Positions 39,224-51,996 of a stretch of DNA of 64,000 nt are shown in pieces (position 1 is the stretch's first letter; the number at the start of each line of letters is the position of its first letter). The notes under the pieces are model-generated. The model did no database searches, was not told the DNA's origin, and saw only the letters and a program-made list of their open reading frames with translations. Location: contig JBITNC010000001.1 in NCBI GenBank assembly GCA_050084985.1, forward strand, positions 496,001 through 560,000. The letters run 5' to 3'. Both the position numbers and the translations under genes were made by a program. Source of the DNA: Nageia nagi. Its lineage: Eukaryota > Plantae > Pinophyta.

Positions 39224-40564
39224 AAATATATACATAAAATATTATTTAATTAAATATGTATTTTTGCAATATGCTAAATATGGCAGGTATCCTACAAAAG
39301 ATGATGTAAAATTTGCCCTAAAAATGGTTTTCAAGCACTAGTCTTGAAAATAGCTTCCAAGACTGTAAGTAATATTTAAGTGTTTTTAAATTAATTATAT
39401 TATTTTAATATTGACTCATAAAATTTTTAGTTTTGCTTATTTACTAATATTTAGTTGATTATTCTTTGCAAGGTGAGGAGGATCAACTAGAGGGTGAACA
39501 GGAGGGTGACCCAAAGGAGGGTGAAGAGGAGGGTGACTAGGAGGGGTGGCAAGTTATCAGAATGGATGAAGATGATGAAGATTATACTAGGCATGTTCAT
39601 GATAGAGTGACCCATTACCATGCATTTGTATACTAGGTGTGGACAGTTTTTGTTCATTGATTGAGATTATACATATCTAATTACCATGCATTTGTACACT
39701 AGGCATGGAGTTTTTTGTTGATTAATTGAGATTATGCACATTTGATTATTAATTTAATGTGTTATATTATTTATACATATTATGTTTTAAGTTTTATTAT
39801 GCTTATATGTTTAAATTTTAATTTTTTTACTTTTAATGTATTATTTGTATTTATTTTGAATGAATGTATCTTGAATGTATATATACTACATTTAATGTAT
39901 TTTAGTGTATTATACACTACAAAAAAAGAAATAATAAATGGTAATAATAAATAATTATTTTTTTGAATTACAATATGAACATGATGCTTTATGAGTCAAC
40001 ACTATGATGCTTTATAAGTCAACACCTTGATGCTTTAGGAGTTAATAACTTAACGCTTTATGAGTCAAAACATCGATGCTTTATGAGTCAAGTTTTTTAT
40101 TCTTTATGCATCTAAACATTGATGCTTTTTGAGTCAAAACATTGATGCTTTATGAGTCAAAATATAGACATTTCAGGAGTTAATACCTTGACGCTTTAAG
40201 AGTAAATTTTTTTATTTTTTATGCATCTCAATATTGATGCATTTTGAGTCAAAACATCGATGCTTTGTGATTCAAAATATCGACGCTTTAGGAGCAAAGA
40301 ACTTGACACTTTAAGATTCAAAATATCAACATTTTTTGAGTTATGTTTTTTACATTATTCATGTCGAGGTTAATGCATTGTGCATCCCTACTATGATGCT
40401 TTGGATGATGAAAAAAATATTATTCATGACATTTTGTTTGACATATGGTATGATACTACCCTTAGCATCACACGAGGCATCAATTCGATGCCAGAAAAAT
40501 ATATATATATATATACTAGTGTTTGATGCATTGGATGATGCAAAATTAGTTAAATGTAGTAGTG
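39224..40564. mobile_element. CACTA-like DNA transposon fragment inserted in Copia B integrase
   Basis: Right end ...AAATGTAGTAGTG (reverse complement CACTACTAC); CACTACAAAAAAA at 39915; array of ~21-22 bp subterminal-type repeats (TGATGCTTTATGAGTCAA) at 39980-40330; integrase resumes right after. Left end uncertain. Confidence 0.65.
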
Positions 40565-42760
40565 ATGTATTTGAATGATGTAATTAGTAAAATAGTCTAC
40601 ATTTTGGATAGAAGTCCTACTAGCACCTTGGATGGAATCACTCCATATAAAGCATGGTATAAAAAGAAACCAAATGTAAATCATTTTAGAGTTTTTGGTT
40701 GCTTAACTTATGCACATATACCTAATGAAAAAGAAGAACTATTGATCCACAAGTGGGCATGTATTTAATTGGGTATTGTGAGAATACCAAAGCCCATATG
40801 CTTTATAATCCAAAAACACAAAAAGTTGTAATTTCTAGAGATGTAATTTTTTATGAAGGTGGAAAATATGGCCATCAAAAACTCTATATTGGTGATGAGT
40901 CTAATGATCCAAGCTCCTCAAACATGCAACCTAATTTTCATACCAGCAAGAAAATTCCTTTCATTCCAAGTCTACAAAAGAGTTCTTCTACATACAAGTT
41001 CTTCTTCAAATTCTTCAAGCCCTTCAATGAGTGATGATGATTCTTCAAGTACTGTGAAGACAAAGTAAGGTAAAAGAATTATTTCTAGTCATCCATCTTC
41101 TCAAATGTTAGGTACAAATTTTCAAACAAGACTTACAAGAAGTCAAGCACACGAGATAGATCAATTTGTGATAAGACTTGAAAATTTGAGAATGTATGGT
41201 GATGATGAGCCTAGATGTGATATGTTGTGATGACTAGTGTTAAGTTAGAACCATCTACTGATGAACAAGCATGTCTAATGATTTGTGGATGAAAACAATG
41301 GAAGATGAAATCAATATACTCCATCATGAAGAATGATACACGAAAGCTTGTGGAGCTTCCAAAAGGAAAAACATATGTGGGCTCTAAACGGGTCTATAAA
41401 ATAAAGTATAACATTGATAAAATCATAGAAAGATACAAGGAAAGACTTAGGGAAAAATGATTCACACAAAGGTATGGCATTGATTATGAGGAAACTATTC
41501 ATCGGTTTCAACACAAGAAATAATAATTTTGGTACTTGCTTTAGCTTCCAATAAAGGTTGGAAAGTACATCATATGGATGTAAAAAGTACATTCTTGAAT
41601 GGCTATTTGGATGAAGAGGTTTATGTGCAACAATCTCAAGGTTTTGTAATAAAATAAAAAGAGAATCTTTTGTGTAAATTGTAGAAGATATTGTGTGACC
41701 TCAAGCAAGCTCCAAGAGCTTGGTATTCAAGGATAGATGGGTGCTTACATCAATATGATTTTACAAGATGCAAGAGTGAACCTACCTTATACCTTATGAG
41801 ACAAAGTAATGACATCTTACTTTTTTTTTATGATTTGATTTACATCGGTATTTGCTCAAAAATGAATGATGATTTCAAGAATGCTATGATGTAAGAGTTT
41901 GAAATAAAAGAGCTTTGTTTGATGCATTATTTCCTTAGTATGGATATGTATCAAAGAGAAGGTGAGATTTTCATTTTTCAAACTAAATATACCAATAATA
42001 TGCTAAAGAAATTTGGTATGGAGCATAGAAAACCAGTTCGAATACCAATAGCTCATGATGAGTTACTATGAAAGGATGATGGGGTTGAAAAAGTTGATGT
42101 GATCACATATAGAAGCATCATTGGAAGCTTGATGTTTCTCACAAACTCTAGAATAGACATTGCACATGTTATTTCACTTGTATTATGTTTATGAGTGATC
42201 CTTTTGAAATTCACTTGAAAGAAACCAAAAGAATGTCGAGGTATGTGAAAGGTACAATTTATTTTGGCATTCATTACTACAAGAATGATGATGTAAAACT
42301 TATTAGCTTTATTGATTCTACTTGGGAAATCAATTTAGATAATATAAAGTCTAAATTCAAAAATTACTTTAGTCTTGGATCTGGAAAGATTACATGGAGT
42401 TCAAGAAAACAAAGCATAATTGCTCTCTCTTCTACTGAAGTTAAATATATTGCAATCACAAGTGCTAGTGCTCAAGCAATGTGGTTAAGAAAGATGCTTG
42501 AAGAAATTGGTGACAAAAAGTGTGATCTAATTACCTTGTATTTTGATAATATAAGTGTCATTCAATTGGCAAAGAAATCAATCCACCATAGTAGGTCCAA
42601 ACACTTTGATATAAAGTATCATGTCATTGGAGACATGGTGGAGAAAAACATCATCAATTGAGCTTAGGAATTGTAATACCCTTGATAATATTACAAATAC
42701 TTTACAAAAGGGGTTGTCAAAATTTAGTTTTTGAAGTTGACAAACTCTTTAATGAGTTCT
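40565..42760 (+). pseudogene. Copia B integrase C-terminus, RT and RNase H
   Basis: VYILDRSPT..FRVFGC; HMDVKSTFLNG; LKQAPRAWYSRID; ITWSSRKQSIIALSSTEVKY; HSRSKHFDIKYH. Confidence 0.9.
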
Positions 42761-42779
42761 CTTAGCATCAAGAGGAGAA

Positions 42780-43231
42780 TGTTGGAGTTTGAACCCAATC
42801 TTCTAATGAAAACATTAAGAATTCAATATTTTGTTTCCCGGTCAGCTTGCATATGTTCGATCTATGATCATTCATCACATACTCTATGACTAGTTGGATA
42901 ATCAATTTGCTCTTTCTAACTAGTTAGTTTGATGCATACTGATCTATATCTAGAGACTAGCAGTTTTGTGGTTTTCATCATTTTTCTTTCTTGTTTAGTA
43001 ATGATTATTTATGTGGATTATGGTTGTAATCATTTGGAACATGTAGGAATTTAGTGTAGTTATTTTGAATGTTGTTCATAAGAATTTTATATTGTTTTCT
43101 GTTTGATTTGATTAGTTGTATAATTCATGAGAAATTCATTCTCATAATAATAATTTTGTACTTAGTTCATTGAAAGAACTATAGATATGTAATCTTTCAT
43201 TTGAAGTAATAGATCAATTAGCATTTTCTCA
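42780..43231 (+). repeat. 3' LTR of Copia B
   Basis: TG directly after the PPT; colinear with 18276-18732. Confidence 0.88.
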
Positions 43232-43479
43232 ATAGAACCATGCTTGAGTTGGTTATTGTGTATAATTCACACTCCCTATCCCTCATCATCTTTGTGAGCT
43301 TGGTTTACACATCCTTTACAACTCTAAGCATATCATACAAATTTATTGTTAAGGGACTAACCCTTCAAATTAGACCTCTTGTTCTTGTCATTGTTCATCC
43401 TAAATAGACTAAATTTATCTACAACTAATATATTTCAAGCAATGTTATGGTAGTATGAGAAAGCATAATCAATTAGAAG

Positions 43480-43890
43480 GTTTCGCTGTGCAGGCGTCGG
43501 ATTGTTGTTGGTGCGCGTCACGCAGCCCCAAGGTGGAAGTGGGTCAAAAAGATACGACATGGTCAATAGGCTTAGTCTGCCCATGGTGCTCCTGCTGGAG
43601 ATGGCAACGACTCATGAGTTCCCATGGCCCCACCCAAAAAATCTAATTAATACGTTCGAGTAGAAAACGTAATGTATACCACTAATCTGAGTCAAATGTC
43701 AATCATCAGTCAAACTTTATACACGAATGGTTCGACTCTTGCAGGTAAGTTCCACACGTGCTTTGAAAAATCAACGTAGACGGGTCTTTGCAAATGATGG
43801 CTCGCAGGACTCCACATTATAAAAGTTATATAATATTAATTAGAGCATTCAGAGTATAGTATAAATAGAGACTCTGAAACAACATTCTCA
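43480..43890 (+). promoter_or_regulatory. Putative ERF promoter: four W-boxes, G-box, CGCG box, TATA
   Basis: TTGAC(C/T) on the minus strand at 43542, 43561, 43690 and 43708; CACGTG 43755-43760; GCGCGT 43513-43518 overlapping a minus-strand TGACG; TATAAATA 43860-43867; CpGs retained. Confidence 0.6.
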
Positions 43891-43906
43891 TTCATGAGGA
43901 GGAGAG

Positions 43907-44635
43907 ATGATCAATTCTGAGGTGAAAATGCAAGAGAGTATTGTGGGGGGTTGTGATGCACTCAAAAGAAAAGCCCAATATTCTGATTGCACCACCGGTT
44001 ATAAGAAACGTGGTTTGGGATCTGCTCCATCGAATGTCAGCTTTGGATGTCTTGAAGATGGGACGGCCTTAAGCGAACACATTTTCAGTACCAATTATTC
44101 AGAAACTCTTTGCTTTTCTCAACAAATTTTTCTCAATGAAAAAAGTAGCGTGGACATGTGTATAGGAAAAAGGGAAGAAATCGAGCATGGTGTTTTTAAG
44201 GAAGGTGCGAGCAAAGGGTGGCATGATGAGGGTGTTAGGAAGGAGAAGGAGAAAGAGAAGCGTTATAGAGGAGTGAGGAGGAGGCCATGGGGAAAATACG
44301 CAGCAGAAATCAGAGACTCGAATAGGAATGGTATGCGTGTGTGGCTTGGAACATTTTGCAGTGCAGAAGAAGCCGCCATGGCTTACGACCGAGCTGCTTT
44401 GAGCATCAGAGGTCCACGAGCTGTGCTCAACTTTCCAGATCTCTTCTCCACCTTCAATGGAGACGAAGGGAGTCATGTGGTAGAATCCGCATCCTCAATC
44501 GGCACTGGGAACGAGAGATTTGTGATAGAAGTGGAGGACATGGGCGTTGAATATTTGGAAGAGTTCCTTCTCACAAGTGAAAGGATAACCGCTTCTTCTC
44601 TACTTGTTCCTCAGGGAACTGACCATAATAAGTAG
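43907..44635 (+). CDS. ERF: AP2/ERF ethylene-responsive transcription factor, group IX (ERF1/ORA59-like), intronless, 242 aa
   Basis: AP2 domain [46 protein letters not shown] with ERF-type AAEIRD; C-terminal EDLL-like [16 protein letters not shown]; LNEKSSVDM resembles the group IX FNENDSxDM motif. The start could instead be 43928. Confidence 0.95.
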   Translation: MINSEVKMQESIVGGCDALKRKAQYSDCTTGYKKRGLGSAPSNVSFGCLEDGTALSEHIFSTNYSETLCFSQQIFLNEKSSVDMCIGKREEIEHGVFKEGASKGWHDEGVRKEKEKEKRYRGVRRRPWGKYAAEIRDSNRNGMRVWLGTFCSAEEAAMAYDRAALSIRGPRAVLNFPDLFSTFNGDEGSHVVESASSIGTGNERFVIEVEDMGVEYLEEFLLTSERITASSLLVPQGTDHNK

Positions 44636-44915
44636 GCACCAAAGTTATCTACAGCCTCCTGCCCTTTTTCTTTCGATTTTAAAATAAGATTTGTTTTATG
44701 CAGAATGCATTTTTCAGAAAAATGATCTCACGTCCCTCTCTTTACTAATGTTGGAAAACAGAAGTTCGCACTTATTGGGTTGGGTTATATTTGTGATACT
44801 TCAACTTACATTACATGTTTCTTGATTTGGCGTTAGATTTTATATATTTTTAAGTTTGCTTTAGGCGTCTTCTTTCCAAACTTTGTTTTTCTGTATATAA
44901 TTTGTATATTTTTAA

Positions 44916-45264
44916 GGGACATTTACAAAAATAGCTTTCATAAATAATGAAATTATAGAAATGGTTCTATATAGAAAATATAATGAATCTCAACTAATTT
45001 TAATTTGTAGCACTATAAAAGATAAACATAAGGTGGGGAATCTATAATATCATGAACATTATGCAACACATGCACAATCTGGTCCAGAAAAATGCAGGTA
45101 TGGGGTGGGGAATGGGCAATTGGAAAGAGAGTGAGACAGCCAACAAATAATATGAATGCAATCTTTGGGATGTTTGTCTAAAGGTTATTTTTGTAAATAA
45201 AAATTTTTTATGGTTATTTCCTTAATTTTTTTTTATTTGTGAAGGTTATTTTTATAAATGTTTC
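44916..45264. mobile_element. Mutator-like MITE (349 bp)
   Basis: About 50-bp imperfect TIRs (GGGACATTTACAAAAATAGCTTTCATAAATAA vs GAAACATTTATAAAAATAACCTTCACAAATAA read inward) and a perfect 9-bp TSD TATTTTTAA (44907-44915, 45265-45273). Confidence 0.85.
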
Positions 45265-45278
45265 TATTTTTAAATTAA

Positions 45279-45281
<3 letters not shown>

Positions 45282-45312
<31 letters not shown>
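45282..45312. repeat. (AT)15 microsatellite
   Basis: Directly visible. Confidence 0.97.
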
Positions 45313-45315
<3 letters not shown>

Positions 45316-46134
45316 AACCCACTTAAATACTTTAAATATATATTTATAAAATATGTAGAAGTGTCAATTTTGAGATATTTATTTTAAATAGATTGATACA
45401 TTACATAAATATTATAAAATTAAAATACAAAAAAATTATAAATAAAGATGCAGTTAATATCACATATACATAGTTTTTATTTAAAAAATATAATAAAAAT
45501 CAAATAAGGATAATTTTTCAAAGTCTCTACCCTTAAAAGTTGAAACATAACTAAAATCCTATCGAGTTAATGGTAGGTGCAAATGAGGTGGGGATCCTGT
45601 CCCGGGTGGATTTTAACAAAAAAAATAAGGATAATTAAATATAAAATTAAAATTAAAATATGAATGTTATAATTGTGTATCAATTTCAACCATTGGATTA
45701 TTGTTAAACTTACACACAAGTGATAAATGAGCTCTCTACCTTCCTCTTATCTATCATTTGAAATACTTCTGAACTTAGTAACACTTAAGCATTTTTAAAA
45801 TCTTATAAGAATATTTATAGTTGATTATTTTAATTTAATTATTTTTAAAAAAAAGTTTATAAAAGTTTAATTAAAGAATTATATCTTTGTTTTTTTTTTA
45901 AGATTTGGATAGTGTGATAAATCCAAATGACTAATGCTTAGGGTTGAGCATTCTCATCTCACCCATGATCCCTTTGTAAGGCTAAGAGCTAAGCTTATCA
46001 ATAGGGGACTAATATACACCCTACTCACACACACAACATGATTTTAACCTTGTCATTAAGATGAAATCACTTTTTTTATGATTATGAATTTTATTATTTA
46101 TTATTTTACATGATTAATTATTTAAATATTATTT

Positions 46135-47900
46135 TTTATTACAAAGGTAAATATATATTATCAAAAAAGTGATGGGTATTAATAGGATCCCCAAATCCTA
46201 TCTCAAAAGTGGCATCCATTTTTCACTACTTAATCAATTAAGCCAACTATCCAATTATACTTGGTAGTAGCAAAAAAGACAAGAGAATGATACCAAAAAT
46301 AAATTAAACTATCACCAAACTACTTAATTGGCCCTTTAGAGCTTCTTTCTCCAAAAATGGATAATACATGACTAAAAATGGATAAGACTTCTTTTTTGAT
46401 ATATTTTCCTTTCTCGATACATTGAAGTGTCCTCTCATCTTGTTGATCTTACTCATCTTATTCCTTGTCCCTACACAATTCCCATTCATCTTCTCTTTTA
46501 ATGGACATGTAGTGGCATTCTTCACACCCTTTGTTATCCTTTCAAGGGGAGTGATCATCTACAGGCCAACCATCATTTTATAGGGGACTTCATCCTCCTC
46601 CTCCTTACTTACTAGATAATATGCTTCAATATCCATATCATCACGCTTTACTTTAGTGTCACACTTCTTATCAGCCTTGTCCTTCTAAATAGGAGATGAA
46701 GTAGTGGAATTCATGAGAGGAGCTTCACTCTCACCAATCCCTTCCTTTTGATCTTCTTTTTTTGCTTCTTTGGTCATCTCTTCAGGGTATCCAGGCAATA
46801 ATTCCTTAGCTTCATTAACCTTATGTTCTTGAGGTTGCATTTTCACTTCCTTTTCCTATGGTTTTTATATAATATCCTTTACTTCTTTATCCAATGGCAC
46901 AAGGGCTTCCTTTTCTCCTTAAAAGGAATCCTCTATCAAAATTTATTTTTTAGAATCCACCCTTTGTTGCATCTTCTTTTTATGAGAATGAGTTTCTCTC
47001 TAGCTACCACTTAGTTCCCTTCACCCCTTTATAAGATATCTTGGGTTACGATAATCCAATCTTTGATCAAGGATTTGGGGTTATATGATTCTTTCCCTTA
47101 TCTTTGGCTGGGGAACTTCTTTTATCCATCTTTACATGACTCATTTGCTTCTTATTCTACTCCTCCATCATCTAAACTACCTCATTCCTCATCACATCAA
47201 TATTCTTTTCCAAATTGAGGACTTAAGTCTATTGCATCCCCCTTCTAACTAAGTTGTAAGAACTAAACAATACATATGATAAACTAACCCTTTGTGTCTC
47301 AAGACATTATCATTACCATCTCAAAACATTTTTTTACAAAGGCTTGATTGAAATCTGACTTGAAGAAGAGGAAACATATCTCAAATTTCCTCCTCTAATG
47401 GAAATGAATTAATAAAATTATATGGGGGTCAAAAAATAAACTACCATTGAGAGTGAAATATTTGATGGCCCACATGGCCATTCAATCCTAGGATTTGGAT
47501 AATTCCTTTTGAGTAATCCTAGTACGTGCTTTAATTAGAATTTCTCGTATACCTAGAAAAACATCCATTTTATTCTATCAAACTTTTCATTCCTTTGAAA
47601 CTTATCTCCTTCTAGACTTATTATATTTTATTGGGAAATAACTTCCTTAATGAAAATAATTTCCATAGATCACACCTTTTTCCCATCTTCCCTTCTAATT
47701 CTCCACCACTTTTTTAGAGATTTTGGGGTTGCTTTCACAATACTTTTTCAAGAATTTTCTCACCCTGCCTTTCTTAATCAACTTCCAATAATCCTTATCA
47801 CTCCTATCCTTAGCATAGTTTCTTAGCTTAAACCTACAAATCTTTCTTATTTCTCTCTTTGGTTCCCTTCCTCACGATAGAACAATGAAAAATTTTAAGG
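46135..47900 (-). pseudogene. Degenerate TE-associated ORF, possibly a poly-A retroposon remnant
   Basis: Strong purine bias and coding-like K/E-rich fragments on the minus strand; 3' end ...atttacctttgtaataaaaaa resembles the LINE 3' end; no diagnostic domain recognised. Confidence 0.3.
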
Positions 47901-48572
47901 TTTATATGATATATAACTGCCTTCCTATTTTCCACCTTAAAAATGAACATTTTTGCATGGAATCCTCCATGCCAATCTATCACATCATGGAGACTAGACA
48001 TTAAGAGGGAGGGTGAATTAAATTTGAGATGCAGACTAGGTCTATGATACATATGACATACTAGAATAAGAATGCGATTAAGAGAAATTGTAATTCTTAT
48101 CCACTTTGTATCTTTTATAGGTGTAATTGTCCTCCAATCACAAGGTTGGTTTCACTCTTCATGCATGAGATAGTTTCCTTCAAACTATAGTCAAACTCAA
48201 ACTTTTATAACCATTCTTTCATTGCACCACTTTTATCATAGTCATCCACCATATGTAGAGCCATTAGTAAATCCCTTTTATTTTTCTTGGTATAAATAAA
48301 ATGTATTTACCCCTAGTAAGATCATTATCTATATTTTTATATGGGATTAAATGAATCCTATTTACTAAGTAAACTTAAGGCATTTACAATGATCCCATCC
48401 ACTCTGATGGGGGACTTAAACTTAAGGCATTTACACCTAGCCTCAATTACCTACCCAAATATTAACACCTCAATCTAAATGTTACCAACCATTGCAAACA
48501 TATTAATGGAGGGGAGGTTGAATGCTTACCATTTACAAAATTAAACATAAGGCATTTAATCAAGGTCATAGT

Positions 48573-48965
48573 AAATAGAAGGTATTTATCCTAGATGTCA
48601 TATCACCTTGCATGCTTTTATATATGGCCAACCACCTTTTATGTTTCGTTAATGATAAGGGTTAAACATTTATTTTTTACAAAGCTAAATATAACTCATT
48701 TACACCTTAGCATAGTAAAATCTAGGTGTTTATCTCATACATCGTATCACCTTGCATGCATTTTGAACATCACCAACCATCTTTGATATGTATTTATTAA
48801 TCGTAAGGGTCAAACACTTTTTTTTATAAGGTTAAATAGAAGGTATTTATCCCATACATCATATAATCTTACATGCATTTTAAACATCACCAAACACCTT
48901 TGATACATTCATTAATAGTGAGGGTAAATATTTTCTATTTACAACGGTAAAGAGAAGGTATTTAA
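48573..48965. repeat. Three degenerate tandem copies of a ~120-145 bp unit
   Basis: aggt.tttatc..a.a..tc.tat.a.ctt.catgc recurs near 48580, 48724 and 48841. Confidence 0.75.
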
Positions 48966-51900
48966 TTACTCCCTATCACATATTTTGAAATCATTTTAGG
49001 AGTAAATAGGGGGCTTTATTTCTATTAAAAATGAAATAAAGGTGGCCCATATTATTTATTATTGTTAATATTCATTGTTGGTTACATTGATATTGCAAAG
49101 AGCTTGAACAAATAACACAACATTGGTTAGTAGGTATATTTTTCAACCAGCTTTTGCATATTTAGTTGCATTCTATGAAACTATGTTTGCACCATGCATC
49201 TTTTCAAATAATTCCTAGACCATTCTTTGATATTTTGCATGCATACATGTAGAATATTATAAAAGCTATTTTAAAACCCATAGCTCCTTGCCTATTTTCA
49301 ATACATGGATTATGGTATTGAAATATGTTGCTAAAATAACCATTTGCTATAAAAATATTATGGTGTGCAAACTATTCTTGCTAATGAGCCTCATCAACCT
49401 AGGTATTAATAGTTGAATTCAAAAAATATTATTCTATAAATACAAATGAGAAGGATAATTGAGATTCCAACCAAAATATTCTTCATATTTTTTACAACTT
49501 GGACATTGGAAAATCGAGCATGGACCTTCTAGCTCCCTAATTTAAGCAATCATATACATGATACAAAAAAGTAAATACCAAGGATAATGACCTACAAGAA
49601 TGGACATTATTCGTATTCTTATATGATCTACAAGCACTAAGCAAACACATCCACACATGTAATATAGGTTTTATGGAGATCTTAATAATGAAGTTTGAAG
49701 CTTCCTTAATAAATCATGCATAACTAAAAGTTCAACAATGAATGTATAATGATTCATCATAGAAATAATGAAATAAGAGTCACTTATGCTTTTAAGTATT
49801 TGTAACCCTTATCCACTAGATATACAAAGGTTATGTTGTTAGGGTTAGTTACCAAGTGTTTGATTAGATAAAAGACTTTAAGGGAATTCTTATTGTAGCC
49901 TCTAAATGCATATCCTATAATTATTATAGTACATGAAATTATATTTGCATCATGCATCTTCTGAAATAATTCTTAGGCCTTTTGTATTCGTACATATTTT
50001 GCATATATTTCTATAGGTCACTCACAACCCCAACAATTGATGTTAAACCATCTTCAAGTATTCTTTAATGAATGTCCATACCTTCTTATCATGATAGGAT
50101 TTAAAAATTTTAATTAAAAAAAGAAACACATATGTCTATCAATCATAAAATAAAGCACATTTAATCTAGTTTTAAATAAGTGCATTATATTCTCTAAAAA
50201 CACTTGAAAGCCTCTAAATTATAATCTATCTGATATCTTCAAAGTTCTCATTAACAACATGTGCGAGACTAATAAGATTAAATATTTTATCATCTGATAG
50301 ACAAATTTGATCTATCTTAAATAAATATGGTATCTTCAAAGAATTTATTTGTGTTAAACAAAAGTGATCTTTCTGTTGCAAGAAAATCATTTTGTTTGAA
50401 ATGATTTTATAAATTCAAACAAATTATTTCAATACAAAAAAAAATGTAATCAAATTTTAATAAAATCAACTAAAACCAAAATACTAGCATCAAGGACATA
50501 AAATTTGATGTTATAATTTGAACTTTTTTGAAGATAAATTAGAGTATGTTGATTCTGCTCTTTACTTTGATATTAGAAGATTGTAAATTTATGTGATTTA
50601 TGTGCTTATTTCCTTTTGTATACAACAATTTATGCTGAATAAAGTTCTCTTTTCTTTATATTTCTATAGCGAATGTGATATGATTGATATTTTTCTTTTC
50701 ATAAGATTATTGTAGATATTGTAGATAATAGACTTAATAAATAGATGCATATTTGATGTTAAGTCAATAGTAATATGGTTGAGAAAAATTCCTGTACCTC
50801 CATTTGATAATCAATTATGTGTTTTCTTACATTACCATTCCCCCAAATTAAAATCAAATGATTAAATCCCATGATCTAATGAATGAAGTCTTTTTCGAAT
50901 ATTGATTACTTGTTGATTTTGAATAGAAATAACATTTCATTAATTAAAAAGTACATTACAAAGTGGGATGTGTCTACTGCAATAACAATTCATTGAATGT
51001 AAATAACAATTTATCATGACCCACCTCAAGACACTTTTTGACCTTGAGTACCATCAAGGATTTGAATGAATTATGTTTGTATAATACTATGGTAATGACA
51101 AGTTTGATATGGGAATATGTATCATTTGTGACATTTTGATGTTGGCTTTGAGATGTTTTGACATAGGTCACAGAGTGAAGAAATAACCCAAAGACCCTAT
51201 AGACCAAAGGTGAATTGGTGATGGGAATAGAAGGGTAAGAGGAGAAAATGATTGGCATTGATTCTCTAACAGACCCTATGACCATCATAAATCATGTAAA
51301 TGCATGTAAGAGAATTGCTATGATTATCAATTTTTTGATGAAAATATATTTGCAAAAAATTATTGTAGGTAAAGATGTATTTTTTTTTGTTTGGTATTTT
51401 TGAAATTCAAATTTTGAAATGAAAATAAAAAGGGATATACTTTATTTAAATCTAAAAATTTATATAATGTTATAAACATAAATTTAATGGGGTAAAAGTT
51501 GAATATGAGTGTCCATATTATTGCCACATAGGGCTAATAGTAAAAACACTATTAGATAGAGACTAAGGTCTCCTTGTGGTATTACAAGATATTTAATGGG
51601 TAGAAAAATAATGGAGTAATGACCCTACTTAGTTTTGTTTTCTTATGTTAGGTGTGGATAATAGTTGAAACTAAATTGTTAGCAAATAAAATAGATTCTA
51701 AAGTATTAAATTCCATTACCATCATTTCCAACTTTAAGCAAACCTAACTAAAAATTATTAAGAGTGTGAGGATATGTCCATTTGGACACATTTGAGCCCC
51801 TTTAACTATAAATAAAAAAAATAGAGCTTTAGAAAAACCTACCTATCTATCTCTTGCTATTTTCATTTTATTTTGGTTATCCTCAAGCTTGGTGTAGAGT

Positions 51901-51996
51901 TACATGAAGAAAATAAGTCTCTCTTTCCTCTTCAAGTTAAAGTGCATTCTTTTACATTTTTTTGCCTAATTAAGGTAGTCCTATTTTGAGATATTT

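Larger units (their letters stand above)
18276..43231 (+). mobile_element. Ty1/Copia LTR retrotransposon B (host of nested insertions; about 5.1 kb net)
   Basis: LTRs 18276-18732 and 42780-43231 (TGTTGGAG...TCA), PBS TAGTATCAAAGC at 18736-18747, PPT AAGAGGAGAA at 42770-42779, near-TSD ATATA/ATAGA; coding sequence continues across the inserts. Confidence 0.9.

Noticed and set aside
39980-40330. CRISPR-like array
   Set aside because: Eukaryotic context, degenerate abutting repeats with no unique spacers, and no cas genes; better explained as transposon subterminal repeats.
44099-44550. Overlapping ORFs 44099-44476 (-) and 44341-44550 (+), and similar antisense ORFs inside the LINE
   Set aside because: Shadow frames of real coding sequence.
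49100-50200. Minus-strand transposase remnant (LVDKGY motif; ~50-bp duplication at 49153 and 49930)
   Set aside because: Motif order does not fit Harbinger, and the sequence is too degenerate to assign by eye.
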